From contig RHPI01001327.1 in assembly GCA_009103225.1 (NCBI GenBank), positions 62,001 through 126,000 on the forward strand: 64,000 nucleotides of DNA. The letters run 5' to 3'. A program made the position numbers and the translations under genes. Shown here piece after piece: positions 47,436-59,577 of this stretch (the first letter of the stretch is position 1; each line of letters starts with the position of its first letter). This DNA is from Chlorokybus atmophyticus. Its lineage: Eukaryota > Plantae > Mesostigma and Chlorokybus algae. The notes beneath the pieces are model-generated. The model saw only the letters and a list, made by a program, of their open reading frames with translations, had not been told where the DNA came from and ran no database searches.

Positions 47436-48708
47436 CACACGGGTTGACGTTGAAGGACCATGCATGGTCCTTTTATGAACCCCGCGGCCCATGCATGGTC
47501 CGTACCTTGCGGGCCAGGACTGCCTGGTCCGCGGAGGACGGAACGTATGTGGTCCGTTCGGGGCCCCGCGGCCCGTCAGGCGACGCGCATCACGCATGGT
47601 CCGTGCCGCACCATGAATGGTGCGGCACGGACCAGTAATGTACGCTGTACTTGACTGCGGACCAGGTGCGGTCCCGCGGTCCTGTGGCCTACTAGCGCGC
47701 ACCGTACATGCTGCCGCACGGTCCGTGCCGCATAATGTACGGTGCGGCACGGACCAGTAATCGCGGCCCTGCCGCTATCATGAGTAACAACAACCTACGT
47801 GAGGTACAGTATTGCCTAAATGCCTGATTGCACAAGTGCACTTAACTTGTTGACAAGCCGCACCGACTGTCGGCTATACACAGTGGACAGCCGCAAGTGG
47901 ATAGCAAATGGTCGGCGGCTGATTGACAGCCGGCCGGCTGTCAATTAAGCTGTAAGGAGCTGTCTATGCAATCAACATACTTCATAATACCGTAAGTGTA
48001 TTTGCAAAACTTGTGACCATGCACCATTAACATGTTCTATGCGTTTATCTAAGTATTATATCTATTGTCTAATAGATATACATATTTTAGCGTGTGCACA
48101 AATGGATCTATTTTTATACGCTTACGCAGGTCTACATGGTTATAACAGCAGTATTTTGGGTCAACCGTATACAAGGTATGTTGCATATAATAATATACAT
48201 AAAAAGTATACATGATTTACGTCACTTGTCACTACTAGCCTCTCATAAGACCGCAAATGACTGACAGCCCAATCTGAGCATTGTGTTCAACCAGCCAGTT
48301 AACATCTACGTTGGTGCCGCAATGCGACTTTAATATTTATATTATGTAAACACATATATATACACATTCACTGCACTTTGCCTGCAACAAAATCTGATGC
48401 TTATGAATAAATATTGCGGTCGATGGTCCGCTAGCCGGACCAAGAATGATTGTTAAGTATATTTTCATAATTAAGTCCCTAGTCCGCTGGCTGGCTCGTA
48501 CCTGATCCTGACGCTACCGAAAACCGGCTGAACCAGACATGGTGCGACCCCAAAAAAACATGGGACCGTCCACGTGAGGTTTGGACCATGCATGGTCCCA
48601 CTGTCAATGACAGCCGGACCATACATGATCCACCAATTTCACTAAGCAGGGCAACATCCCGGCCCGAAGGCACGGACCATTCATGGTCCTGTAACGTCAA
48701 GCGGTGTG
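47436..48708. mobile_element. Element B, shorter inverted relative of element A
   Basis: CACACGGGTTGACGTT..GGACCATGCATGGTCC left end and ..AACGTCAAGCGGTGTG right end; its left arm resembles the reverse complement of A's right arm and vice versa; no TSD (TTG / CAA). Confidence 0.8.
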
Positions 48709-49987
48709 CAAGTCTTATGCCTGGGGCTGCTCGTGTTGTGAAATTGAGTGTAATGCCACTCGAAGAATGGTGTTAACATGCAGAGTTGCTGCTTGATGTA
48801 GCCATCTGGCAATAGACGTTAACAACATTGTTGTTGCATGCTTTGCATTGGGTGTATCGACGTTGCTCAGCTCGTACAAATTTGGCAGTAGAGAGCAGCC
48901 GTTGAGCTGCTCATCCTCAGAGGGATAACACAGCACGGTCAGCCCGGTCACTAGTTCAACGGGACTGATCGAACGGTTGCACTCAGACAAGTGTCGCGCG
49001 CGCACAGCCGTCCGTTTGTGGTCATAAATGGACGGCTGATGGGCGACCATGTCGGTTCGCGCGAGCCCCCTAGGCCCTTAGGGTTGGGTGGGTGGGTCAA
49101 ACAGCGCTCAGAGCAACAAATGTAAGCGCCTGGGGCGCTGTAAACAACAACAACAACAACAACGACGACGGCGGGGTGTCATGCCTATCGCCCGGGCATG
49201 CCAGTCGTCATCGGGCATGCCTACAGCGAGACCCTCGCCCGGCTTACTAGCATGGCGACCCGCGCGCGTCACTGACCAGTTGCTAGGTCATGTCTCTAGA
49301 GTAGCTCATGATCATAGCCTACATAGGCACCGCGCTATTCAGTTGTGAGTTCAGTTATAAGTTGGGTTCTATATCGAGTGGGGATTTCCTGTGAAAATAG
49401 CCTCGATATGACCGGTAGCTTATGTTCTGGACAGTCATGAGTTGACTTGTATAAGTAGGCACAGTGTTCACCGGATCAGCTGGTGACACTGTAAGTGAGA
49501 AAGCTAAGAGCTTGTGAAGCGACTTGAACTACGAAACACGCCGTCCCGGTTGCCCAGAATCCCCTCACCGTGTGAGAGCCTGTGCATATTCTTGTGCACT
49601 GTGCTTGTACTTGTTGTGAGCTTGGTGTACTTGGTCGCGGGGTGCTTGTTGGCATCAGTCAGGGCATAGCATCCACGTGTTGCTTGCTCATTCACCTCAC
49701 TTAACAGTGTAATTTCTCTTCCACTCATGCAAAGAACTGTGTAAACAGCACTACCTATAGTAGTGGCTTGTTGACTTAAAGTGTCACCCTCTTTGCTCAA
49801 GTGAGTGTAGCTGCAGGCTGCACATCAGCATCGCAATCTGTAGTTGTACACATCGCAGTGCATTGTTGTCACCGTCATCGCATAGCGCGCACAAGCGCTA
49901 GTGTGTTGGGTGATAGCAGCACTAGAGATCCCATTGTAGAGCACAAACACTCTACCCTTCATCCACTTTCACCATCGCATCAGCTGT

Positions 49988-51454
49988 ATGAGCAGGCCCA
50001 CCCCCTTCTCGCCAATAGAAGAAGGGAACCTCAACAGCTGGAGCCCAACCTCCAACCTTACCTACGAGCGCGCAAGTGAAGGGAGAGATTACCGTAGCAG
50101 CAGAGGCTCACGCCCCGTCTCCGACTTCACCTCCTCTCACTCCACTCCTCGACAACGAGCATCTCCACCACTGTCAGACAGTGACGACGAGGAGATGGAG
50201 CCTTCCAGCTCAACCAACTCCCTACGCTTCTCCGGACGCCCTGGCACCACCTCACTTGACGAGTTCATCATCAAGTTCCACTCCAAGATGAGGCAGCAAG
50301 CCCTCAAGAGCAAGGACTGGACAGATGAGGTATTGTTTCATATGTCCGCTCAATACCTTGATCACGAAGCACATGATGTGTGGAAGTCCGTCGCTGAGTT
50401 GCACAAGATTAATGGCTATGGCGAATTAGCCAGCACAATATCCTCCACGTCACTGCATAGCCCATCGGTTACTGTTCCTGTAGCAGCGGCCCCGCCAGCC
50501 TCAGTCACGGGTCTCACTCTAGCTGCAGCCAGAGAAGGCAGAGAATGAAGAAGTTGAGGTGGTAGTGGCCTCATTGACTCCGGCAGAGGTCGAAAGCAAG
50601 AAGGCCGAGCGCCGGATCAAGATACTCAACCGCACCGCTGCCATCATCAGGGAGCAACAAGAGGAGCAGCAAGCTGCAGCATTTAAAAATGGGTACGGCC
50701 CTGCTACCAACACCAAACTCGCGTGCTCCAGCAAGAAGCAGTGTTTTCACCCTCGGCTCAGTGGCATTGCGTGCACCCGCGCTTACAATGGGCGCGGCCA
50801 TGTCGGACTCCCCGTTGAAGGACCTCTACGCCGCACTCCGGCGCACCTTCCCACCTCAAACCAACAGCAAGGTGGAGGAGTTGAGGCGTTTTTTACGGAA
50901 GCCCAACGAGGACCCTCTCCGACTGTATTCACGGTTGGAAGGGTTGCTTAAAGACACTGACTACAAGATCGTCAGTGAGGAGGCGGCAGCAGTGGTGTAT
51001 GTGGAGTTGGATCCCACACGGAGTGAGTCAACGCGCCTGACGCTGAACTACAGCAGGCCCCTCGGCTTACCCTCAAGGAAGCTTTCGAGACTGCACAAGT
51101 CATCCATAAGCGCGCAGTGTATGAGAAAGCGGTGCTGGACACCAACCGCAGTGCCTCGCGGCCTATGGCAAGCACGAGTGCAGAGCCTCTTCGGCGGGAC
51201 CGCAGCCGAGAGCCGCAAGGCATCCACAACAAGGATACACGGTCAGCTCATGCTGCCCTTGTGGCTGCAGTGCTGTGCCACCGGTGTGGTCGACATGGCC
51301 ACTACCAAAAAGAGTGCACCGAAGATTACGGCAACCTTGTGTGCGACTACTGCCACAAGACGGGACACTTGGAGACAGTATGCTGGCTCAAGTTCTCTGA
51401 GCTGCGGCCCTCTATTGGCTACAACAACGGCAACAACGCTGTTAGCTACCGCGG

Positions 51455-51486
<32 letters not shown>

Positions 51487-52229
51487 ACAACGGGGGCTAC
51501 AACAACAGCAACCGCGCTGGCGGCTACAACAACAGCAACAACGCTGGTGGTCGCAACAATGGCAACAACGCTGGTGGCCACAACCCCAACAACAACAACA
51601 ACGCTGGGGCCCGCAAGGAGAAAGCTGGCTACAGAGGGAAAAACCGCCCTCCACAGCACAAAGGACCTGAGGGACGTCCTCGCGCTGGAGCTGCTGCTGC
51701 AAAGGCACCAACCAATCCACCAGCTATTGACCAAGTGACAGCTCTGATGGCGCGCGTGGCACATCTGGAGGAGCACAAGGAGCAGGACTATCAAGCCTGC
51801 TATGCTGCTAGGGAAGCTGGCGCGTCGTCAACAGCGGCATCGTCGGACGCCACAAGTGGTGCTGCCTCGGCATCTACAACCACTGCTGGGACGACGCCGT
51901 CGACGACACCGTCGGCGTCCACACCGACCACGACAGCAGGTGCCAGCACTCTTGGCACCACGCTGTCCCCGGTGATGGAAAGCACCCACGCCGCAACAAC
52001 CATGGTCGTTTGGTTCGTGGGTGGTGAATCCACCACTCCAGCCTCCATCGAAGCGATCACATCGGCCGCAACTGCTGCCACCCTCAAAGCCGCCACCTCA
52101 GTAACGACGACTGCTGCAGGTGCCACCACCATTGCCTCCGGTAGTGCTGCCGCACCCACTGCACCACTTCCTGAGATTCGAACGGCACCGCCACCAGCAC
52201 TTGACGTCACACAGCAAGTGCCACGCTGA
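49988..52229 (+). pseudogene. Element E gag with two CCHC zinc knuckles and an Asn/Gly-rich tract (frameshifted)
   Basis: FSGRPGTTSLDEFI..; CHRCGRHGHYQKEC and CDYCHKTGHLETVC; (AAC)n tract at about 51420-51600. Confidence 0.85.
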
Positions 52230-52268
52230 CCACAAGCAGAACGCGCCTGGGCGTCGGTTCTACGCAAC

Positions 52269-54800
52269 GTGGAGCCCACCACCATTGCGTACGGACCAGG
52301 GGGGCAACGTACCACGCGTGTGGCACGCGATGATCGCATCTTGCCCCTACCACCTTCAGAGTACCACACGCTGCCGGAACCCACACAACAGCAGATGGAG
52401 GATGAAATCCTCGCCGGCACTGCACCAGAGATGAGGGGTCGTCTCTTCGGGGTCACCTATCGGAGACCTGCAGTATTAGAGCTGGCCATTCAGTTGTTCT
52501 TGGCATTACACGCACGGTTGCAGGGCGCACCCAGTCAAACGCGGCAACCCATGCCCGCTCTGCAGATCGACTTCAAGCCCTCACCACTGGACCCACTCGG
52601 ACTCCAGCGCCACAAAATACAAGACCTCGTGGTCACCATGACGGACATCGCGCTGGGCACTGATCCCGCTCTCCGGGGGCTCACTCCAGGCAGCCGTCGA
52701 GAGCGATTTTTTGCCCTCGAACAGGCACATCAATATCAGGTGGACCAAGCTGCCCAAGTGGACGCGCGCCGACAGGCGTACGAAGCAGCACACGCCGTTA
52801 TCGTACCAACCGTAGCTCCGATAAATGTTGCCAGCGCCTCCACGACGCTGACCACAGGGTACTCCACGGCAGTCGCCATCGAACAACCAAGACAAGCAAC
52901 TGTTGCAGACCAAGCGAGGGCGTTGGCGCAACAATCGAGGGGGGTAATCGCCCCGCTGCTGCCTCCTTTGGTCGAAGACATGCCTGAGGATCAACGCGAT
53001 GCAGGGCGAGGGTACCTCACCCCGCAAGGGGACACCACACAACGAGGAGGAGCTGGTATGGTGGGGGAGCAACAACTCAGTACCGCACTCATCCGGCAAG
53101 CAGTCATGATGCACAGGCCTGAGGGCAACACATTAAGACAGATGATGGGGATGCGAGAGGGCAGCGCCGCTCGAGCCCGGCTCGTGACATGGCTCGTTGC
53201 CAATCACCCTGCTGTCCCCATGTTTGCCTTTGGCAACCGAGCATCATGGTTGGGGGCATTCGTTCGTTCGCTGCGACAAGCATACGACGAGGCTGCCACC
53301 ACAGCCCCGGACACGCTGGAGGGAGTGCAAGAGGCAATGCTGCGGTTGCCAGGGGTGGAAGCCGTACGACAACGGCGGCGCATCGCCATTGCTCATGAGC
53401 TACACGCACAGCAGACTGACCTCCAGCGCACCCTACACGCGCGCGCCATGACCGTGCTCGATGTGGGAGTGGTACAAGGAAGGTGGGATGCCTACATGGC
53501 AGGGATCTTGCGAGTCCCCACCATCACTCACGACATGCGGCGACAGCTACTACGCGCCGTATACCTGCAGCCCATGCCTCAATATCATCATTGGACCAAC
53601 ACTGACACCGAGCCCACGGCCACGTGGGAAGGGACGTTGGTCAGAGAAGCGGCTCATGCTGTCCGATGGACGTACGCCGCGGAGCAAGAGGAACGCGAGG
53701 CAGGCCCACAAACACCGGGTCCGCCGGGGTTTCCTCCACAGCCATTGGGTACACCCGCGGGCATGATTCCATCTTCGCAAAGGCAGCATCCACTTGCGCC
53801 GCCCCCACAATCGGCGCCGGAACCTCCAGCACCGAGGCCCCCCCGTGTCTACCAACCACCACGACAAGGTCGGTTCGGCAGAGGGCAAGGAGGGGGTTCT
53901 TCGGACCCAGCAGGCAGAGGAGCTCTGGCTGCCATGCGCTCAGCACCCCCAGCTGAGAGAACTAAGGCAAAGGTGCAGACAGCTCGTATGAGGAGGCTGC
54001 GCATCAACGCCAATGCTGCCATGGTGGCCAACCAAGGCAAGCACATTACTATTAACAGCCTGGCACCCAAGCGGGTGATGTTGGACACCGGAGCACAGCC
54101 TGTCATCATCGGGCGCTCCCTCGGCATAACCAGCTCCGACTTGGTGCCTTGCCCGTACGTGTTGGACACTGCCACAGGTAGCCGAGATAAGGTGATGGGA
54201 GTCACCAGGGAGGCCTTTTGCATTCGGTTGACCGGGCTGGACCTCACCCACACAACCAAGATCGTCCAGCAATATGTAGTCACCAATGCCGGCTCCTTCG
54301 ACTTTCTGCTTAGGCAGGACTTCAACTTTGCTGTGGGCATGGGCCTCTACTGCTGGACAGAGCAGGCGTGGTTTCGGCCACATTGGGATGAGGATGACGG
54401 AAAGGTGCAGGGTTTTCTGCCTCTCGAGTTGGTCTCGCGCACGCGCGCCCAGCGCAAAGTGGCTGCCGTGGCCACACGCAGCCACGCCCGCACACGGGAG
54501 TCTGCAACGGCCACATACGACGGCGCTTGGACGCAAGCCGCTACTGGTGCCACGGCCCCGTGTCGAACCATTGACTCTTCTCCCACCCAGTACAACGAGG
54601 AGCAAAAGGATGCCACCGTGGAAGTAGCATTGCAAGACCCAGCTGAACAGCGCTGGCGCGCACAGGTGGACGCACATGTCTTGCTCAGCCATCCACTGAT
54701 CACCACGCGCTTCCCCAACTACCTAAGCCACAACAAGGTGCAGGACCGCCATATGGTGGCCACCGGAGTGGTGGAGTGCCACACCTTTCGCAGACAACAG
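52269..54800 (+). CDS. Element E polyprotein segment: long unassigned region followed by the aspartic protease
   Basis: Open for 873 aa; VMLDTGAQPVIIG protease motif near 54075. Confidence 0.75.
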
Positions 54801-56230
54801 GGCATCACAGTGTTGGAGCTGTTTGGAGGCATTGGCAGCGGTCTTGCCGCGGTTCTCAACACGGGTGTGAAGGTTGTCAAATACTATTGACCCAGACCCA
54901 CACGCGCAAACGGTCCTCAAACACCACTTACGCCAACTGCACGAAAGGTATTCACGTCAACTACCCCTCTCGGCGTTGCAAGGCAGCCTTAAAGCATTGC
55001 CACAAGACATCCGGCTAATCACCGAAGATCACCTACTGTCCCTCGGCAACGTCGACCTATTAATAGCTGGGTGGGAATGCCAAGGGCACTCCAGGGCAGG
55101 CAAGGGGCAAGGCCTCGAACACCCTCGCTCAGGGCTGTTTTGGGAGCTCATGAGAATCATCACCTCCTTCAACACCACCAGATCTCCAGACCCCTGGGGT
55201 ACGTCATCGAAAATGTGCATTCAGAGGACGACAAGCGTCCGCACGTGGCCTCCAGCTACTAACAAGTTGTTGAAGGTATTACATGGGTGATGCTTGTATC
55301 CGGTTAGCTTGCCCTTCATACAGGAGTCGAGGGTCGAAGGTACCAAAAAGAAGCGCGTGGACTCCAGACTTAGCAAGACGGTCGAGTCATGACGGACTCC
55401 GGACCAGGCTACTTGGTAGAGCCTTGGGAGAAATCGCGTAGCTTTGTGAATACGTAAGCTTAGCAGGCGTGGCTTAACTTGTTGGAAAGCTCTGGTTGTG
55501 AGCTAGACAGCGTAGCTTACAGAACAGCAATCGGCTGAGTATAGCGCACGCGGTGCTTGCCCATGTAGACGTGTGTAGAGACTGGCGGGGTATAAAGCCC
55601 AGACTTGTTGCAATGAAGAAAAGAGGTCACGATGTAGCATGTGTGCGGATGCTATGGCGGCAGTAGCAGTCATGCTCTTGTGTTGATGTTGTTGGCGTGT
55701 CACTTGTACGTGTGTATGTCAACACAAGTTTGCTTCATTCTGGGGCACCCACTTAAGGTGAACGCGGCACGACATGGCTCGCGCGCACATCGTGTACGTG
55801 CCAAGTGGACAAATTTGGCCACCGTGGAGGAACTCATGACCGCAGAATACACGCGCAGCGCTCGGCCGCGCAACCTGCTGGTCGATGACATCCTTGACCC
55901 CGGCCGCAAAGCACAACATGTCCTGCGTCATGACCACAACCACTTCTACCCGTGCAATCAGCCCGGTCAGCCCCGTCGCGCACTCCCCACATTGGTGTCC
56001 TACCCGGGCTCCTACGCATTTTGAAACGGTGGTGACGGGATGGTGTTTGATGCGACCACTAACAGGCTGGAGAAACTCAACGCACGCGAACGTGAACGCG
56101 CCATGGGATTCTTCCACAACAGCATCACGGGTTCATCGCTGACAGATAGTCAGCAATGCCAGCTGCTTGGCCGCGCCATGGACCAGAACATCATGGTATG
56201 GCTGCTGGAGCTGAGCTTCGCGTTGCAGGA
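54800..56230 (+). pseudogene. Element E Dnmt3-like C5 cytosine methyltransferase domain, split by a solo LTR
   Basis: Motif I VLELFGGIGSG (about 54810); IV DLLIAGWECQGHS (Cys 55078-55080); VI YVIENV (55209); VIII GSRAHRVRAKWTNL (about 55790); IX ERERAMGF (about 56090); X QLLGRAMDQNIM (about 56165). Confidence 0.9.
55268..55724. mobile_element. Solo LTR (457 bp) inserted in the methyltransferase domain
   Basis: TGTTGA...TCAACA termini; TSD CAAGT at 55263-55267 and 55725-55729; removing it joins motif VI to motif VIII in frame, apart from one TAA. Confidence 0.9.
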
Positions 56231-56439
56231 CCGCCACGTGTCCTTCGAAGATCTCGAACACTTGGCTGGGGGGTGGGCTGATCGCGTAGCCGACACCAAG
56301 GCAGCTCACACAGCCCTCGAGGTGGTCCACATGGAGGAGCAAGCAGCAGTGACAGTGGAGGACATTCCCGTGGTTGCCAATGCAACCTCCTGGGACCATG
56401 CCATTGGCCCGTTGGCCACAGAAGACACTGGAGAGAAGC

Positions 56440-57830
56440 TGGAGGCTCTCCTCACCAAATGGAGGAGCCAATTCAGCTTCAATGTGAAGGAATTGGGTAC
56501 ATGTTCAGTGTACCAGATGGACATCGAGCTGGTGGACACTGAGCCGGTGTTCCGGCGGCAATACAGGCTCTCCAAGTTGGAAGAGGACTTGGTGGAACAG
56601 AGATGTAAGGCGCTGCTTGATGCAGGCCTTATCGAAGAGTCCACATCGAACTTCGCAGCAGCAACCGTCATGCCACTGAAGAAGGATTTAGCAGGCAGTT
56701 GGACAGAGCGACGCATGTGTGGCGACTATCGCCCCCTCAACAACAAGACCAAGCAAGACAGGTACCCCATGCCCACAGCAGAGGGTATCTTTGATGATGT
56801 GGGAAACTGCACAGTCTTCAGCATCCTGGACATGCGTCAATGGTACAACCAAATCGCCATCAAGGACGAGGACAAGCACAAGACCTCCTTCTGAGGCAAT
56901 CGACAGTTGTACCAATTGAAGGTAATGCCGTTCGGGCTGAAGAATGCCCCCGCCAAGTTCAACGCGTCATGGACAAGGCCTTGAAGGGGCTGGACTGCGC
57001 GCGGTGCTACATCGATAACATCTTCATTTTCAGCCGCAGCAACGAGGAGCATCTTCAGCACATTGAAGCGGTGCTGGAACGACTCAAGGGAGTGGGGATG
57101 ACCGTACACCCCGTCAAGTGTACCTTCTTCACCCACAAGGTGCCGTACTTAGGGCACATGATTGTGCCCCATGGTGTGTATGTGCAGCAGGCAAAAGTAG
57201 AGGCTCTGGCAGCTATCCACGCCCCGACAGACCTCACACGTCTGCGCGCTTTCTTGGGACTTGCCAACTACTATCGCCGGTTCGTGAAGGACTTCGCGAA
57301 GATCGCAAGGCCCCTCAACGAGCTACTGAAGAAGGAGGTGGAGTTCGCATGGAAGGAGCCGCAACAGCAGGCCTTCGAGGAGCTGAAGAGCAGGCTCACC
57401 ACCGCTCCCATCCTTCAACGTCCGGACTACGCCAAGCCTTTCATCCTTCACACCGATTGGAGCAAGCTGGGGATGGGAGCGGTGCTGGTGCAGCACGATG
57501 AGAACAAGAAGGAGCGGGTGGTTTCATACGCCAGCCGAAGCAACAACAGCGTCGGGGCCAACTACAGCAGCTACGAAGGGGAGTGCCTCGCTGCAGTGTG
57601 GGCCATCTCCTTCTTCCGACCTTTCCTTTTTGGTCGGCGGTTCCAACTGATCACCGATCATCAGCCCCTCAAGTGGCTGATGACCAACCAACATCTGACA
57701 GGGAAACTTGCTCGATGGGCCCTGCTGTTGCAGGAATACGACTTTAAGATCGACCACCGCGCCGGCCTCACCAACCAAGACGCCGATAGCCTCAGTCGCA
57801 ACCCTCACCTCAGCACCAACGACGCAACTG
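56440..57830 (+). pseudogene. Element E reverse transcriptase and RNase H
   Basis: RMCGDYRPLN, ILDMRQWYNQI, MPFGLKNAP, YIDN (YxDD mutated), FILHTDWSKLGMGAVL, YEGECLAAVWAI, ITDHQPL; stop at 56892. Confidence 0.93.
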
Positions 57831-58119
57831 GAGCTCGGCATGAGCTCGTGCGTGCAGCAACAGCCCCCACCTTGGCAGCCATGTTTGCTGCTGCCGCGTT
57901 GCGCTCAAGGCGCAAGACCAACACCACGGCCTCAGCAGTGGCAGAGGAAATTCCTGCCTTTGAGCCTACCGGCCCTGCGGCAACCACACCCTTGAGAGAC
58001 GCCACGCAGCCGACATTGACGTCGATAACACAGAGCTGGCGCCCACTGACATCAGGCAGGACATATGGCAGGACAAGCCATCACTCTCCTTTCTTCAAAG
58101 TGGCCAGCTTCCCTCCAGC

Positions 58120-59527
58120 ATGAGCGCCCGAGAGAAGAACCGAGTCAACCAACGCACCCGTCACTATCGATGGGCAGGTGACAAGCTGTATCGCCGCTTC
58201 CACGACGAGGACAAGGAAGTGCCGACAACGGTCACGCGCGAGGGCATCATCACTTCCCTCCACACTGAGCTTGGGCACTTCAGTGTCAAGCGTACAGTCA
58301 GCCTAGTGAGGGCACAATATTGGTGGTATGGGTTAACAAAACAGGTGCAGGGGTTCGTCAGCCATTGCCATCAGTGTGACATGGTGCGCGCCAGCCTCAA
58401 CACGCGTAGCGCTACCTTGCACCCACTCCCCATCTCCGGTCTTTTTTACCGATGGGGGCTCGACATCTTGGGGGACTTGGCACCCTCAGCGCGTGGCAAC
58501 CGTTACATCCTGGTGGTGGATGATCGAGCACTTCTCCAAATGGGTGGAGCTGGTACCGTTACCCGACAAGAGCAGCAGGGGGGTATCTCAAGCCTTCCTC
58601 TCTCACGTTCTCAGCCGATTTGGCAGCTGTGCCAAGGTCATCACTGACCAAGATACTGAGTTCAGAGGGGAATTCGACACCCTCTTGGACAAATGTTACA
58701 TCGACCACCGCCGTACCTCGCGTGATCACCCTCAAGCCGACGGCCTCGTCGAGCGTACAGTACAGACCATCAAGAAGGCACTCCGCAAGTACGTGCTGGA
58801 GTACGACAAGAACACTTGGGATGACCACCTCCCGTGGGTGGCCCTCGGATATCGATTGTCAAACCAGGCGGCTCTGCGGGAGTACAGCCCGTACTACTTG
58901 CTGTTCGGGCGACCACCATTGCTCCCCTTCCGTGCGCAGCAGGAGGTGGATCGCGTCGTGAACAACCTCGACGACCCTGACTGGATGCACCACAACATCA
59001 CCACGCGCGCCGCGCTTTTCAAGCGTACCGTCCCCATGGTCTTCAACAACCTGCGCATCGCGCAGCATCGTGACACGCTGCGCTACGAGCGCGTACGCAG
59101 CGGCTACTACAAGGAGCGCCAACGGCGGTTCCAAGCGGGGGACTTTGCCTATCGCATGGCAGCCACCAAAGACACGCTTGACACCTCCGTAGGTTGCACC
59201 GTCCACAAGGTACTCAAAGTGTACCCCACAGGGGTGCTGGACCTCCTTGGTCAAAACGGAGAGAGGTTGAAGGACAACATGGTGAACTGTGCGCCATGTC
59301 ACCTTCCTTACGTAGCCGGCTTCGGGCGTATCCAGCACCCTCGTCCCGCGCGCAGCACACGCTGTGAACGCTGCGGCAGCGCCGGCGACGACGCACTCAT
59401 GATGCTCTGCGATGGCTGCAACAAGGGCCTGCATTGCTACTGCCTGGAGCCACCTTTGGACGCGATACCTATGGAGGAGCATTGGTGCGACGATTGCCGT
59501 ACCAACGGCCCTCCTCACTTGCGCTAG
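58120..59527 (+). pseudogene. Element E DDE integrase with a C-terminal PHD finger
   Basis: HTELGHF..CHQC zinc domain; WGLDILG, TDQDTEF, DGLVERT core; PHD CERC..MMLCDGCNKGLHCYCLEPPL..WCDDC at about 59360-59500. Confidence 0.93.
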
Positions 59528-59577
59528 CAGCTGAGCTCTGGAGCTGGAACCTCCCCCAGAACCCAGGGGGGGTGGCT

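Noticed and set aside
41001-48708. CRISPR-like array of GGACCATGCATGGTCC palindromes
   Set aside because: Spacing is irregular, the context is eukaryotic, no cas genes are present, and the repeats are subterminal to TIRs.
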